64,000 nt of DNA from Longimicrobiales bacterium. Its GTDB lineage: Bacteria; Gemmatimonadota; Gemmatimonadetes; Longimicrobiales; Gaopeijiaceae. The position numbers and the translations under genes were made by a program. Below, piece after piece: positions 30,149-39,197 of this stretch; the stretch's first letter is position 1; every line of letters begins with the position of its first letter. The stretch covers positions 1 through 64,000 of the forward strand of contig CBDANQ010000029.1 of NCBI GenBank assembly GCA_965197725.1, written 5' to 3'. Below the pieces are notes generated by a model, which searched no databases, was not told where the DNA came from, and saw only the letters and a list, made by a program, of their open reading frames with translations.

Positions 30149-30444
30149 GCGAGGCAACAAATGGCGATCTGCAGCTGCGCGGATACCGGCTCCACGGGCG
30201 CGTGCAGGGCGTGGGTTTCCGGTGGTGGACGCGGTCGGTGGCGGATCGGCTGGGCCTTGGCGGTCACGTTCGGAATCTGTCGAGCGGTTCCGTCGAGGTT
30301 CACGCCACGGGTCGTCCCGACGTGCTAGCGGAGTTCGAGCGACTGATCGCCGAGGGCCCCCCGTTCTCACAAGTGAATTCAGTCGAGTACATCGCACCAG
30401 ACGGGGATATGTCACGGGTGAGTTTCGATATCGTACTACGATGA
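30145..30444 (+). CDS. acyP: Acylphosphatase
   Basis: GRVQGVGFR, G.VRN..GSVE. Confidence 0.93.
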   Translation: MSEATNGDLQLRGYRLHGRVQGVGFRWWTRSVADRLGLGGHVRNLSSGSVEVHATGRPDVLAEFERLIAEGPPFSQVNSVEYIAPDGDMSRVSFDIVLR

Positions 30445-30475
30445 CGGCCGCCGCGGATAACATGCGTGAGATAGA

Positions 30476-32404
30476 ATGCATACGTCGTACGACGTAATCG
30501 TCGTGGGCGGGGGACACGCCGGCACCGAAGCGGCCGCAGCCGCCGCGCGAGCCGGCGTGCGCACGTTGCTGGTCACTCCGGATCTGGCGCGCATCGGGCA
30601 AATGAGCTGCAATCCTGCCATCGGTGGTGTGGCGAAGGGGGTCGTGGCGATCGAGGTCGACGCGCTCGGGGGCGTGATGGGTCGCGCGACGGACGCATCT
30701 CGCATCCAGTTTCGTATGCTGAACCGTTCCAAGGGGAGAGCGGTGTGGGGTCCGAGGGCACAGTGCGACCGGGCGCTTTATCCGATCGGCGTACGTCGAG
30801 TGCTCGACGGGTTGCGGCACTTGGACCTTTACCAGGATCTGGTGAGCGGTCTCCTGATGGAGGGTCGTGAGGTCCGAGGATTGCGCACGCGGGGAGGCCT
30901 AACCTTCGAGGCGCCGTGCGTGGTCGTGACGACTGGCACGTTCCTGCGCGGGATGATCCACGTGGGCGGTGAGGCCGGTGTGGGTGCGGGGCGTGCCGGT
31001 GAGGCGCCGTCGATCGCGTTGGCCGAGGGGCTCGAAGCCCTGGGGCTGGAGGTCGCGCGCTTCAAGACGGGGACTCCGCCGCGAATCGATGGACGCACGA
31101 TCGACTTCGAGCGCACGGAAAGGCAAGACGGGGATCCCGAGCCGTATCGGTTCTCAGCGTACACTCGGGAGGAAATCCCTGAGCAGCGACCGTGTTGGAT
31201 CACATGGGCGTCGGACGACCTCAAGAAGATTGTGGCGGATAATCTGCAGAAGAGTGCGCTCTACGGGGGCGAGATCGCCGGGCGTGGGCCTCGTTATTGT
31301 CCGTCGATCGAAGACAAGATCGTCCGTTTCCCCAACGCCCCGCGGCACCAGGTTTTTCTGGAACCTGAGGGACTGCATACGACGGAGTTCTACGTGAACG
31401 GCTTGTCGACCTCCTTGCCGGCGGAGGTACAGCTCGAGTTCATGCGCACGATTCCGGGGCTCGAAGACGTGGTCCTGACAAAGGTGGGCTACGCGATCGA
31501 GTATGACTACTTCCCCCCGCACCAACTTAGGCACACGCTCGCGCTGAAGGCGGTTCCGGGTCTGTACTTCGCTGGCCAGATCAATGGCACGACCGGGTAC
31601 GAGGAGGCCGCGGGGCAGGGAATCGTCGCCGGCATCAACGCGGCGCTCCGGGTGAAGGGGGAGGAGCCGTTCGTTTTGGAGCGAGATCAGGCGTACATCG
31701 GAGTGTTGATCGACGACCTGGTGACGCGGGGTGTGGACGAACCCTATCGGCTCTTCACCTCGCGAGCCGAGTTTCGGCTGCTGCTCCGGCAGGATAACGC
31801 ACCGCGCCGGCTCGGCCCCATTGCGCGTGAGCGCGGGCTCTTGAGCGCAGCCCAGGTGGCGTCGCTCGAGAGCCGCCTACGGAAGGAGGAGCGGGTGCTG
31901 ACCTGGTTCCGGGGAACGATGATCCCGCCCGAGGTCGCCGGCCCGATTCTGGAGTCGGCCGACTCCACGCCGGTCTCGGAACCGACCCGTGCGGTCGAGC
32001 TGCTGAAGCGACCACGCGTGTCCGCCGCGTGTCTACTCGAGGGTGCTGGGGAGTCACTCGATCGGCTGCCTGACTCGGTGCTCAGTGCGGTCGAAGTCGA
32101 GCTCAAATACGAGGGATACGTCGCGAGAGAGCGGGAGCGGGCACACAAGCTGCGGAAACAAGCCGGTTTCCGTTTGCGCGACGACCTCCCGTATATGGAC
32201 TTCGGGACCCTTTCCTATGAGTCCAGGGAGAAGCTCGAAAAGATTCGACCGGAAACGCTCGCACAGGCGGGTAGGATTCCCGGTGTATCACCGGCGGATC
32301 TGCAGAATCTGCTGCTGGAGGCTCGAAGGGTTGGTGCCGGCCCGCCTGAGGCCCTCCCTGACTCGAGCAAGCGCGCTAGCGCGATAGGTCGTACCACGCG
32401 CTGA
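30476..32404 (+). CDS. mnmG: tRNA uridine 5-carboxymethylaminomethyl modification enzyme
   Basis: GGGHAG, MSCNPAIGG, GPRYCPSIEDK, AGQINGTTGYEEAA. Confidence 0.97.
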   Translation: MHTSYDVIVVGGGHAGTEAAAAAARAGVRTLLVTPDLARIGQMSCNPAIGGVAKGVVAIEVDALGGVMGRATDASRIQFRMLNRSKGRAVWGPRAQCDRALYPIGVRRVLDGLRHLDLYQDLVSGLLMEGREVRGLRTRGGLTFEAPCVVVTTGTFLRGMIHVGGEAGVGAGRAGEAPSIALAEGLEALGLEVARFKTGTPPRIDGRTIDFERTERQDGDPEPYRFSAYTREEIPEQRPCWITWASDDLKKIVADNLQKSALYGGEIAGRGPRYCPSIEDKIVRFPNAPRHQVFLEPEGLHTTEFYVNGLSTSLPAEVQLEFMRTIPGLEDVVLTKVGYAIEYDYFPPHQLRHTLALKAVPGLYFAGQINGTTGYEEAAGQGIVAGINAALRVKGEEPFVLERDQAYIGVLIDDLVTRGVDEPYRLFTSRAEFRLLLRQDNAPRRLGPIARERGLLSAAQVASLESRLRKEERVLTWFRGTMIPPEVAGPILESADSTPVSEPTRAVELLKRPRVSAACLLEGAGESLDRLPDSVLSAVEVELKYEGYVARERERAHKLRKQAGFRLRDDLPYMDFGTLSYESREKLEKIRPETLAQAGRIPGVSPADLQNLLLEARRVGAGPPEALPDSSKRASAIGRTTR

Positions 32405-32460
32405 CGTGAACACAGTATATGGGGGCTGACAGCACTCGATTTCCAGTCGTTGTCGGGGCC

Positions 32461-32476
32461 TGTTCCACGTGAAACA
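32461..32476. promoter_or_regulatory. parS site
   Basis: TGTTCCACGTGAAACA matches consensus TGTTNCACGTGAAACA. Confidence 0.95.
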
Positions 32477-32507
32477 GATGCCGCCTGATGAACGCCAAGC
32501 ACGGGGT

Positions 32508-32523
32508 TGTTCCACGTGAAACA
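32508..32523. promoter_or_regulatory. parS site
   Basis: Second identical TGTTCCACGTGAAACA. Confidence 0.95.
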
Positions 32524-32584
32524 GCCGGAAAGTGACCCTCGTCGATCGCAAGCTCGGTGCGCTCCACGAGCTCGACCGTCGGCA

Positions 32585-33050
32585 CTACGGCTGGACTAGC
32601 TGTCGCTGCAACTCGAAGTGCGAGAGTGCCGGCTCCAACGTGCCGTCTAGATTGAAGTCGAACTCGGTGTCACCATCCAGAATGAGGCGATCGGGACCTT
32701 CGAAGAGGAACGTCGAGATATCCCGCGAGGGAGTCGGGAACTCGCGGTCGAGGATCACCGTCGAGACGCCTGACACCGAGATCTGGCCGATTTCCGTTTG
32801 CGCCTCACCAGCGAAGGCCAGGATCGCGGTGTAGTGACCGCTCGGTTGGATGTTCAGGTCGAACGACGAGCCGAGTTCGATTAAGTCTAGCGAGACATCG
32901 GGGGGCTACAACGCTTTTGAGCACCAAAGAAGTGGCGTGCCAGTCGCCGACGAACGCGGCGAGTGATGGGTCCGCCTCGAGCGGTTTGTCGACTAGGCAC
33001 GACGAGAATACTACCGCGAGTACGATCGCTTCCACCCCACGACGCCTCAT
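32585..33050 (-). CDS. Hypothetical lipoprotein with a frameshift in a G/C homopolymer near 32903
   Basis: MRRRGVEAIVLAVVFSSC lipobox, VGDWHATS; continues DVSLDLI...FDFNLDG in another frame. Confidence 0.6.
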
Positions 33051-33251
33051 GTCCAGCTCCTGCACCGAGTTAGGGATGCTGTAACGCGTGCGAGCCATCC
33101 CGATTATCTATGGGAATGTCTCGAAGTCGTGCTCAAGGTCAACGCCCCCACGCCCGTGGTCAGGACGCCTGAGCTTTCCAGGGTGCGGCCGCAATGGATA
33201 TATTCTTCGGCCGCGCTTGTTTGGGCGCGCATTCACGGTCTCCGAGCGCTC

Positions 33252-34055
33252 ATGTCGCACGTCATCGCAATAGCGAATCAGAAAGGTGGGGTTGGGAAGA
33301 CCACCACCGCGATAAACCTCGGGGCCTCGCTGGCAGTAGCTGAGAAGCGAACGCTCGTCGTTGACATCGATCCGCAAGGCAATGCGACGAGCGGCCTCGG
33401 CGTGGAGGGGAGAGAGTCGCTGTCCACGGTTTACGACGTGCTGATGGGCGACCGCTCGGTGGACGAGAGCATCTTGCATGAGGTGCATTTCCCTTGTCTC
33501 GACGTCATTCCTTCTACTCAGGATCTGGTAGGGGCTGAGATCGAGCTTGTGCGGGTACGGCAACGGGAGACGATCCTGCGCCGCGCGCTCCAGCCCATTC
33601 GCGAGCAGTACGACTACGTCCTGGTCGATTGTCCACCGTCTCTTGGGCTCCTCACCCTAAACACCCTCACAGCGGCGGATTCGGTACTCATCCCTATCCA
33701 GTGCGAGTTTTATGCCCTGGAGGGCTTGAGCCAATTGCTCAACACCGTACGTGTGGTTCAGAAGGGCCTTAACCCGGAGCTCGACATCGAAGGGGTCCTG
33801 CTCACGATGTACGATGGGCGGCTCAACCTCTCCCGGCAGGTGGCGGCCGAGGCACGAGAATACTTCGGTACGAAGGTCTACCAAACCTCGATCCCGAGAA
33901 ACGTGAGGCTTGCGGAAGCACCGAGCTTCGGGCGGCCGATCGTGCTCTACGACGTTCTGTCGAAGGGCTCCCAGTGTTACCTCGCGCTCGCACACGAACT
34001 GATCACTCAAACGGCACGTGCCAGTGAGCATGGCCGCGCACGGGTGGTCGGATGA
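33252..34055 (+). CDS. parA: Chromosome partitioning ATPase
   Basis: NQKGGVGKTTT, DPQGNA, DCPPSLG, LAEAPSFG. Confidence 0.97.
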   Translation: MSHVIAIANQKGGVGKTTTAINLGASLAVAEKRTLVVDIDPQGNATSGLGVEGRESLSTVYDVLMGDRSVDESILHEVHFPCLDVIPSTQDLVGAEIELVRVRQRETILRRALQPIREQYDYVLVDCPPSLGLLTLNTLTAADSVLIPIQCEFYALEGLSQLLNTVRVVQKGLNPELDIEGVLLTMYDGRLNLSRQVAAEAREYFGTKVYQTSIPRNVRLAEAPSFGRPIVLYDVLSKGSQCYLALAHELITQTARASEHGRARVVG

Positions 34056-34933
34056 GCGCGCGGGATCGACTCGGCAAGGGCCTGGGGGCGCTGCTCGGGG
34101 AGTACTTGGAGCCGGAACCGCACAGTGGAGAAGCCCAGAGGCTTCCCGTGCGCGCCATCGTCCCGAACCCGGTTCAGCCTCGGCGCGTCTTCAAGGAGGG
34201 CGAGCTCGAGGAACTCGCGGTTTCTATTCGGGAGAACGGACTCCTTCAGCCCCTCGTCGTACGGCCTGCCCCCGCAGGGGCCGGCCGCTACGAGCTCGTC
34301 GTGGGCGAGCGCCGTCTGCGGGCGGTGAGGAGCCTGGGGTGGGCCGACGTCGCGGTCCTCGTTCGGGACGCATCAGACGAGACACTGTTGGTGCTGGCTC
34401 TGGTCGAGAACCTTCAGCGTGAGGCCCTCAACCCCATCGAAGAGGCGCAGGGTTATGCCGCGCTTAGCGAGCAGTACGGCATGAGCCAGGGCGACATTGC
34501 GAACGTGGTGGGGAAGGATCGCTCGACGGTCGCGAACCTGCTTCGCCTGCTCAAGCTGCCGCTCTCGATCCGCAAGTTCGTCGAGGACGGATCGCTCTCG
34601 ATGGGCCATGCGCGAGCATTGCTCTCAGTTGCGGATCCGGTTCGGGCGGCGGATCTGGCTCGCGCGACGGTGAAGGAAGGCTGGTCGGTGCGCGAGGTCG
34701 AGAAACGCGCCCGCAGCGCGGGTCCCAAGGGACGCAGCAAAAGCGCCATTACCGTAGACCCCTTGATTCGCGAGCTCGAAGTCGCGCTGCGCGATTCGCT
34801 CGTCACCCGCGTCTCGATCAAACAAAAACGTGGCGGAAACGGCAGCATCGATATTCAGTACCACGGCGCCGAGGACTTCGAGCGGGTGTTCGCGCTGATC
34901 ACGGGCCGCGAGGTCTCGGACGTCGTCGAATGA
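34052..34933 (+). CDS. parB: Chromosome partitioning protein
   Basis: LGKGLGALL, QPR, GERRLRA, ENLQRE, HTH. Confidence 0.97.
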   Translation: MSARDRLGKGLGALLGEYLEPEPHSGEAQRLPVRAIVPNPVQPRRVFKEGELEELAVSIRENGLLQPLVVRPAPAGAGRYELVVGERRLRAVRSLGWADVAVLVRDASDETLLVLALVENLQREALNPIEEAQGYAALSEQYGMSQGDIANVVGKDRSTVANLLRLLKLPLSIRKFVEDGSLSMGHARALLSVADPVRAADLARATVKEGWSVREVEKRARSAGPKGRSKSAITVDPLIRELEVALRDSLVTRVSIKQKRGGNGSIDIQYHGAEDFERVFALITGREVSDVVE

Positions 34934-35718
34934 ATAAGCACGGCGGCCGGAAGCTCACGATCATGGTGATGCCAGATGGGGGACCTGAGAGTCGCACCTT
35001 TCACATCCCGTACAAGTGGCTCAGGGTCCTTGCGGCCGGAGCTTCCGTTTTGGCGTTCGCGCTCACGGTGATGGCGGGGAGTTGGTGGTACTTGGCCGCT
35101 CGCGCGTCCCATGCAGCGGACCTCGAGTTCCAGCTTCAGGCGATCGACGGTGATCGTGCCCGCGTGCAGGCCCTGGCGCGGCAGCTCGAATCGATCGCGG
35201 CGCAATACGGCAACATCCGTGACCTGTTCGGGACTTCCGGATCGGGTGCCGAGTCGGATGTCTGGCTTCCGCCGGCCAGCGGTTCGAGCCGGGGCCGCGG
35301 TGCTGAGACGCTGCCGGCGGTCGGAGCGTCACCGCCATCGGTTTGGCCACTCAGCGAAAAGGGTTTTGTCACGCAGGCGTTGATCGAAGGCGCCTCTGGC
35401 ATCGACGACCACCCCGGACTCGACATCGCCGTGGCCTCGGACTCCTACATCCGAGCGGCGGGGGGCGGCACCGTGGTCGACTTGGGGGAGGACAAGGTAT
35501 ACGGCCGCTTCATCGTGCTCGACCACGGTGGAGGGTATTCAACCGTCTATGCCCATGCCTCGCTGCATCTCGTGGAAAAGGGGCAACGCGTTCGCGAGCG
35601 GGAAGTCATCGCGCTGAGCGGATCCACGGGCCAGTCCACGGCTCCGCACCTGCACTTCGAGATCCTCCTCAGGGGGGAGGCTGTGGACCCGCTGACCATG
35701 GTGGAGCAGCCGTCCTAG
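34930..35718 (+). CDS. M23 family peptidase
   Basis: N-terminal TM and coiled coil; HPGLD, YAH, STAPHLHFE. Confidence 0.9.
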   Translation: MNKHGGRKLTIMVMPDGGPESRTFHIPYKWLRVLAAGASVLAFALTVMAGSWWYLAARASHAADLEFQLQAIDGDRARVQALARQLESIAAQYGNIRDLFGTSGSGAESDVWLPPASGSSRGRGAETLPAVGASPPSVWPLSEKGFVTQALIEGASGIDDHPGLDIAVASDSYIRAAGGGTVVDLGEDKVYGRFIVLDHGGGYSTVYAHASLHLVEKGQRVREREVIALSGSTGQSTAPHLHFEILLRGEAVDPLTMVEQPS

Positions 35719-35815
35719 GAAGCCTCAGTATAGGTGGGGCGCAGGCCTCTTGGTAGCGTAGCCGGCGCGCAACGCTACATTTGTTTCCCAATTCTCAGTT
35801 GATCCAGAGGTACGT

Positions 35816-36274
35816 ATGGCACGTGACCGGAGCGGAAGCGTTGCATCTCCGGAGTCGGTGATCTCCCTCATCGGACTGGGCATGAAGGTCGTCGGCGATT
35901 GCGAAACCGACGGTACGATCCGAATCGAAGGTACCGTGGAGGGCAGCGTGCGGGCGGGCAAGGCCGTGGTGGTAGGCAAGGATGGTGTGGTTTCCGGCGA
36001 TATCGCCACGCAAGACGCGGTGGTGTCGGGAACCGTGATCGGCACGCTGGTCGCCGAGTCACGGCTCGAACTCCAGGCCACGTGCCGCATCGAGGGCGAT
36101 GTCACGGCACGCCGCATGCAGCTCGAGGAGGGGGCGATCCTCAACGGAACCGTCCACATGGGGGAAGTCCGTGGTCGGGGCACCGAGGCTTCTAACAAGG
36201 CCGAGGCGGGACCGGTTGACGGATCAAGTAATAAACGGACTTTTCCCCAACCCGTTGGCTCGACGCAGGGTTAG
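35816..36274 (+). CDS. Bactofilin (polymer-forming cytoskeletal protein)
   Basis: IRIEGTVEG...G.V.G.I beta-helix repeats, LEEGAILNG. Confidence 0.92.
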   Translation: MARDRSGSVASPESVISLIGLGMKVVGDCETDGTIRIEGTVEGSVRAGKAVVVGKDGVVSGDIATQDAVVSGTVIGTLVAESRLELQATCRIEGDVTARRMQLEEGAILNGTVHMGEVRGRGTEASNKAEAGPVDGSSNKRTFPQPVGSTQG

Positions 36275-36423
36275 TTGGCAGGGGGCTCCGTAGTACCACA
36301 ACTGTCTGCTGTGCAACGCTATAGTCGAGATCGGTACCCGACACGGCCGACCGCTGATCCACATGACCCTCACTTTTCCACACGTTGTCCACGCGCGCTC
36401 CGTCACGCCCGGAGGTCGATCGC

Positions 36424-37182
36424 ATGAAACTAGAATCCATCCTCCAATACCTGGACGGATACCTTGCGGTTGGTGAACATCCCGACTACTCGACGGCTCT
36501 GAACGGGCTCCAGGTCGCTGGGCCGGGAGAAGTCGAGCAGGTGGTCGTCGCGGTGGACGCATGCGAAGCGTCGATCGCCGAAGCCGTAGCGCTGGGCGCG
36601 GACCTGATGATCGTGCATCACGGCCTCTTCTGGCGTGGCCTCGAACCGTTGACCGGTAGGCACTTCAGGAGGGTGCGCATGTTGATCGAAGGCGGTGTCG
36701 CCCTCTACAGCTGCCACCTACCGCTCGACAGCCATGCGGAAGTGGGCAACTGCGCTCTGCTCGCTCGTGCTCTCGGCCTGGAGTTGCAGGGGCAGTTCGG
36801 AGACTATCAGGGAACGCCGATCGGTTGGTGGGGCGCCCTGCCCGAGGCCACGACCCCCTCCGGTCTCTCTGCGCAACTCGCGGCCGTGCTCGAGACACAT
36901 GTCCACCTCATCGACGGCGGGCCGGAGCACGTCGAAAAAGTCGGGGTCGTAACGGGGGGCGGAGCGTCCTTCGTGGAAGACGCGGTCGCCGCGGGCCTGG
37001 ACGCGTTGGTGACCGGAGAAGGCAGCCACCACAGCCACTTCGACGCGATGGAGCTAGGCATCACGCTCCTCTTCGGCGGCCACTACGCGACCGAGACCTT
37101 CGGCGTGCGTGCGCTCGGGCTCCATCTCGATGAGCGATTCGGTCTGCCTTGGGAATTCGTGGATCAGCCGACGGGCTTGTAG
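36424..37182 (+). CDS. Nif3-like dinuclear metal centre protein (YbgI)
   Basis: NGLQV, HHGLFW, HLPLD.H, GHYATETFG. Confidence 0.93.
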   Translation: MKLESILQYLDGYLAVGEHPDYSTALNGLQVAGPGEVEQVVVAVDACEASIAEAVALGADLMIVHHGLFWRGLEPLTGRHFRRVRMLIEGGVALYSCHLPLDSHAEVGNCALLARALGLELQGQFGDYQGTPIGWWGALPEATTPSGLSAQLAAVLETHVHLIDGGPEHVEKVGVVTGGGASFVEDAVAAGLDALVTGEGSHHSHFDAMELGITLLFGGHYATETFGVRALGLHLDERFGLPWEFVDQPTGL

Positions 37183-37188
37183 CGGTCC

Positions 37189-38850
37189 CTACCTCCCACT
37201 CGTCATCGCGTCCCGAGCAGCCTTGAACTCCTGACCGTCGTTCCATTCTGGCCAGCTGTCATCACCCGCGACATCGAGCAGGACCGAGAGCACGAGCGCG
37301 CCTTGCTGCACCGCGCCGTCGAATACGAAGTCCTCGCTGTACTCGTCGGACGGCGCGTGGTATCGGTTCGCCGTGTACTGAGTCTGAACTTCGGCGCCCC
37401 ATCCCTCGGGGCGACCGCGGTACTGCCGCCCGTGCTCGACATAGAGAGACGGAACCCCGGCCTTAGCGAACGGGAAGTGATCGCTACGGAAGAAGAAGCC
37501 CTTCTCAGGTTCGGCGTCCGGCCTGATGGTCAGGCCGAGCATCGCCGCGCGCGCACGCACGTACGCACCCAGAGTGCTCCTTTCCTCACCGTGAACGATG
37601 ATGTCGTCCGTCTCACCCCAGAGGTTGGCGCCGTCGACGTTGATCTCGGCCACCGTCCGCTCCAAGGGGTGCAACGGTGACTGCGCATACCACTGCGCGC
37701 CCAGGAGACCCTGCTCCTCCGCGGCTGTCGCGATGAAGAGGATCGAACGCTCAGGGCCCAGTGGCATCTCGGCAACGGTACTCGCCAGGTTGAGCAGCAT
37801 TGCCGTGCCTGAGGCGTTGTCGTATGCGCCGTTGTAGATCGAGTCCCCTTCGACCGCTTCACCGACACCGAAGTGATCGTAGTGCGAGCTCACCGTGATC
37901 CACTCATCCGGACGTTCGCTGCCACGAATGAGACCCACGACGTTCTTCGTCTCAACGATGCGCACCGAGCTCTCTACGCTTGCCGACACTGTGATCCCCG
38001 TCTCCACGGCGTTGAACGCTCGTGTGGCGGCGCGAGCTTTGAGCTCGTCGAAGTCCAGCCCGGCCGTCGCGAGCGTAGCACGAGCCACGTCGAGCGATAT
38101 CCATCCGACCATGCCTGCTGGCGTCGGGCCGCTCGGGTCCGGCGGCAGCGAGAACTGCTCGCCCGACCAACCGCCGCGCACCACGCTCCAGGGGTATCCC
38201 GCAGGCTCCATCTCGTGCACGATGAGAGCCCCCAGAGCCCCCTGGCGCGCCGCCTCCTCATACTTGTAGGTCCACCGTCCGTAGTAGGTCATCGCCCGGC
38301 CACCGAACAGATCCGGCTCCGCGGGGGGTGCGGGCGGATCGTTGACCAGGATCATGATGTATCTGCCCGCAACGTCGACCCCGGAGAAGTCGTTCCACTC
38401 GTTCTCGGAAGCGTCGATGCCGTATCCGGCGAAGATCAACTCTGCGTCGCCGCCCGCGCCGTCGGCAACCGGATCACCCGCGTTCAGTACGAACTCGGTG
38501 AGGTAGCGCGGGGTCACGGAAGCGTTCGATCCGGAGAAGGACAGCGACACAGTGGCCGGGTTCGTCGTCGTTCCCACCATCGGAACGGTCTGGAAGTACG
38601 ACCCGCCCGGTGCCTCCAGACCGTATTCCGCGTACCGCTCAGCGACGTAGTCCGCCGCGATATCCCCGCCTGGCTGACCGGGAGCGCGGCCCAGGAAATC
38701 ATCGGACGAGAGCGTCCTCATGTGCCGAGCGATCACGGTCCCGTCCAGCGCCGGGATATCCTCGGCCATGTTGGAGCCCTGACCGGAGTTGGGAACCGCC
38801 TCGCAGGCTGCGATGACCAGGAGCGACGAGAAAACGAACGCGCGGCGCAC
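37189..38850 (-). CDS. M28 family metallopeptidase lipoprotein (PA domain)
   Basis: IAAC lipobox, YYGRWTYKYE, HYDH.G, GAYDNASG, AEEQGLLG, RSDH, YH. Confidence 0.9.
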   Translation of the reverse strand: MRRAFVFSSLLVIAACEAVPNSGQGSNMAEDIPALDGTVIARHMRTLSSDDFLGRAPGQPGGDIAADYVAERYAEYGLEAPGGSYFQTVPMVGTTTNPATVSLSFSGSNASVTPRYLTEFVLNAGDPVADGAGGDAELIFAGYGIDASENEWNDFSGVDVAGRYIMILVNDPPAPPAEPDLFGGRAMTYYGRWTYKYEEAARQGALGALIVHEMEPAGYPWSVVRGGWSGEQFSLPPDPSGPTPAGMVGWISLDVARATLATAGLDFDELKARAATRAFNAVETGITVSASVESSVRIVETKNVVGLIRGSERPDEWITVSSHYDHFGVGEAVEGDSIYNGAYDNASGTAMLLNLASTVAEMPLGPERSILFIATAAEEQGLLGAQWYAQSPLHPLERTVAEINVDGANLWGETDDIIVHGEERSTLGAYVRARAAMLGLTIRPDAEPEKGFFFRSDHFPFAKAGVPSLYVEHGRQYRGRPEGWGAEVQTQYTANRYHAPSDEYSEDFVFDGAVQQGALVLSVLLDVAGDDSWPEWNDGQEFKAARDAMTSGR

Positions 38851-39197
38851 GATTGCTACCTCCGGAGATGTGTCGGGAACGTGCAACGGTATACGCGCGA
38901 GCGTAGCCGTGACAACAGTGTCAGCGATCAGCACCGAGGCTCTACAAGTACCTCGTACAGGACCAAGTCCCGTTCGTTTGCCGGCAGGTCGATGCGCAGC
39001 GTGCCCCCCGACGAGAAGCGGTAGTGCGCGAGGGTCGTGTCCGCGAGGAGCTGAGAGCGAGGAAGAGGAGCACGGGTGCCACCCCAAGTCCCCCGATCCG
39101 TTGCCGCCTTTGCAGAGCCGCGGTACCGTATTCCGGCACTGCACGAACCGCTGCGCGCGACGTGTCCGCTGCGGCGTGTCGAACAATGGGAGTATCG

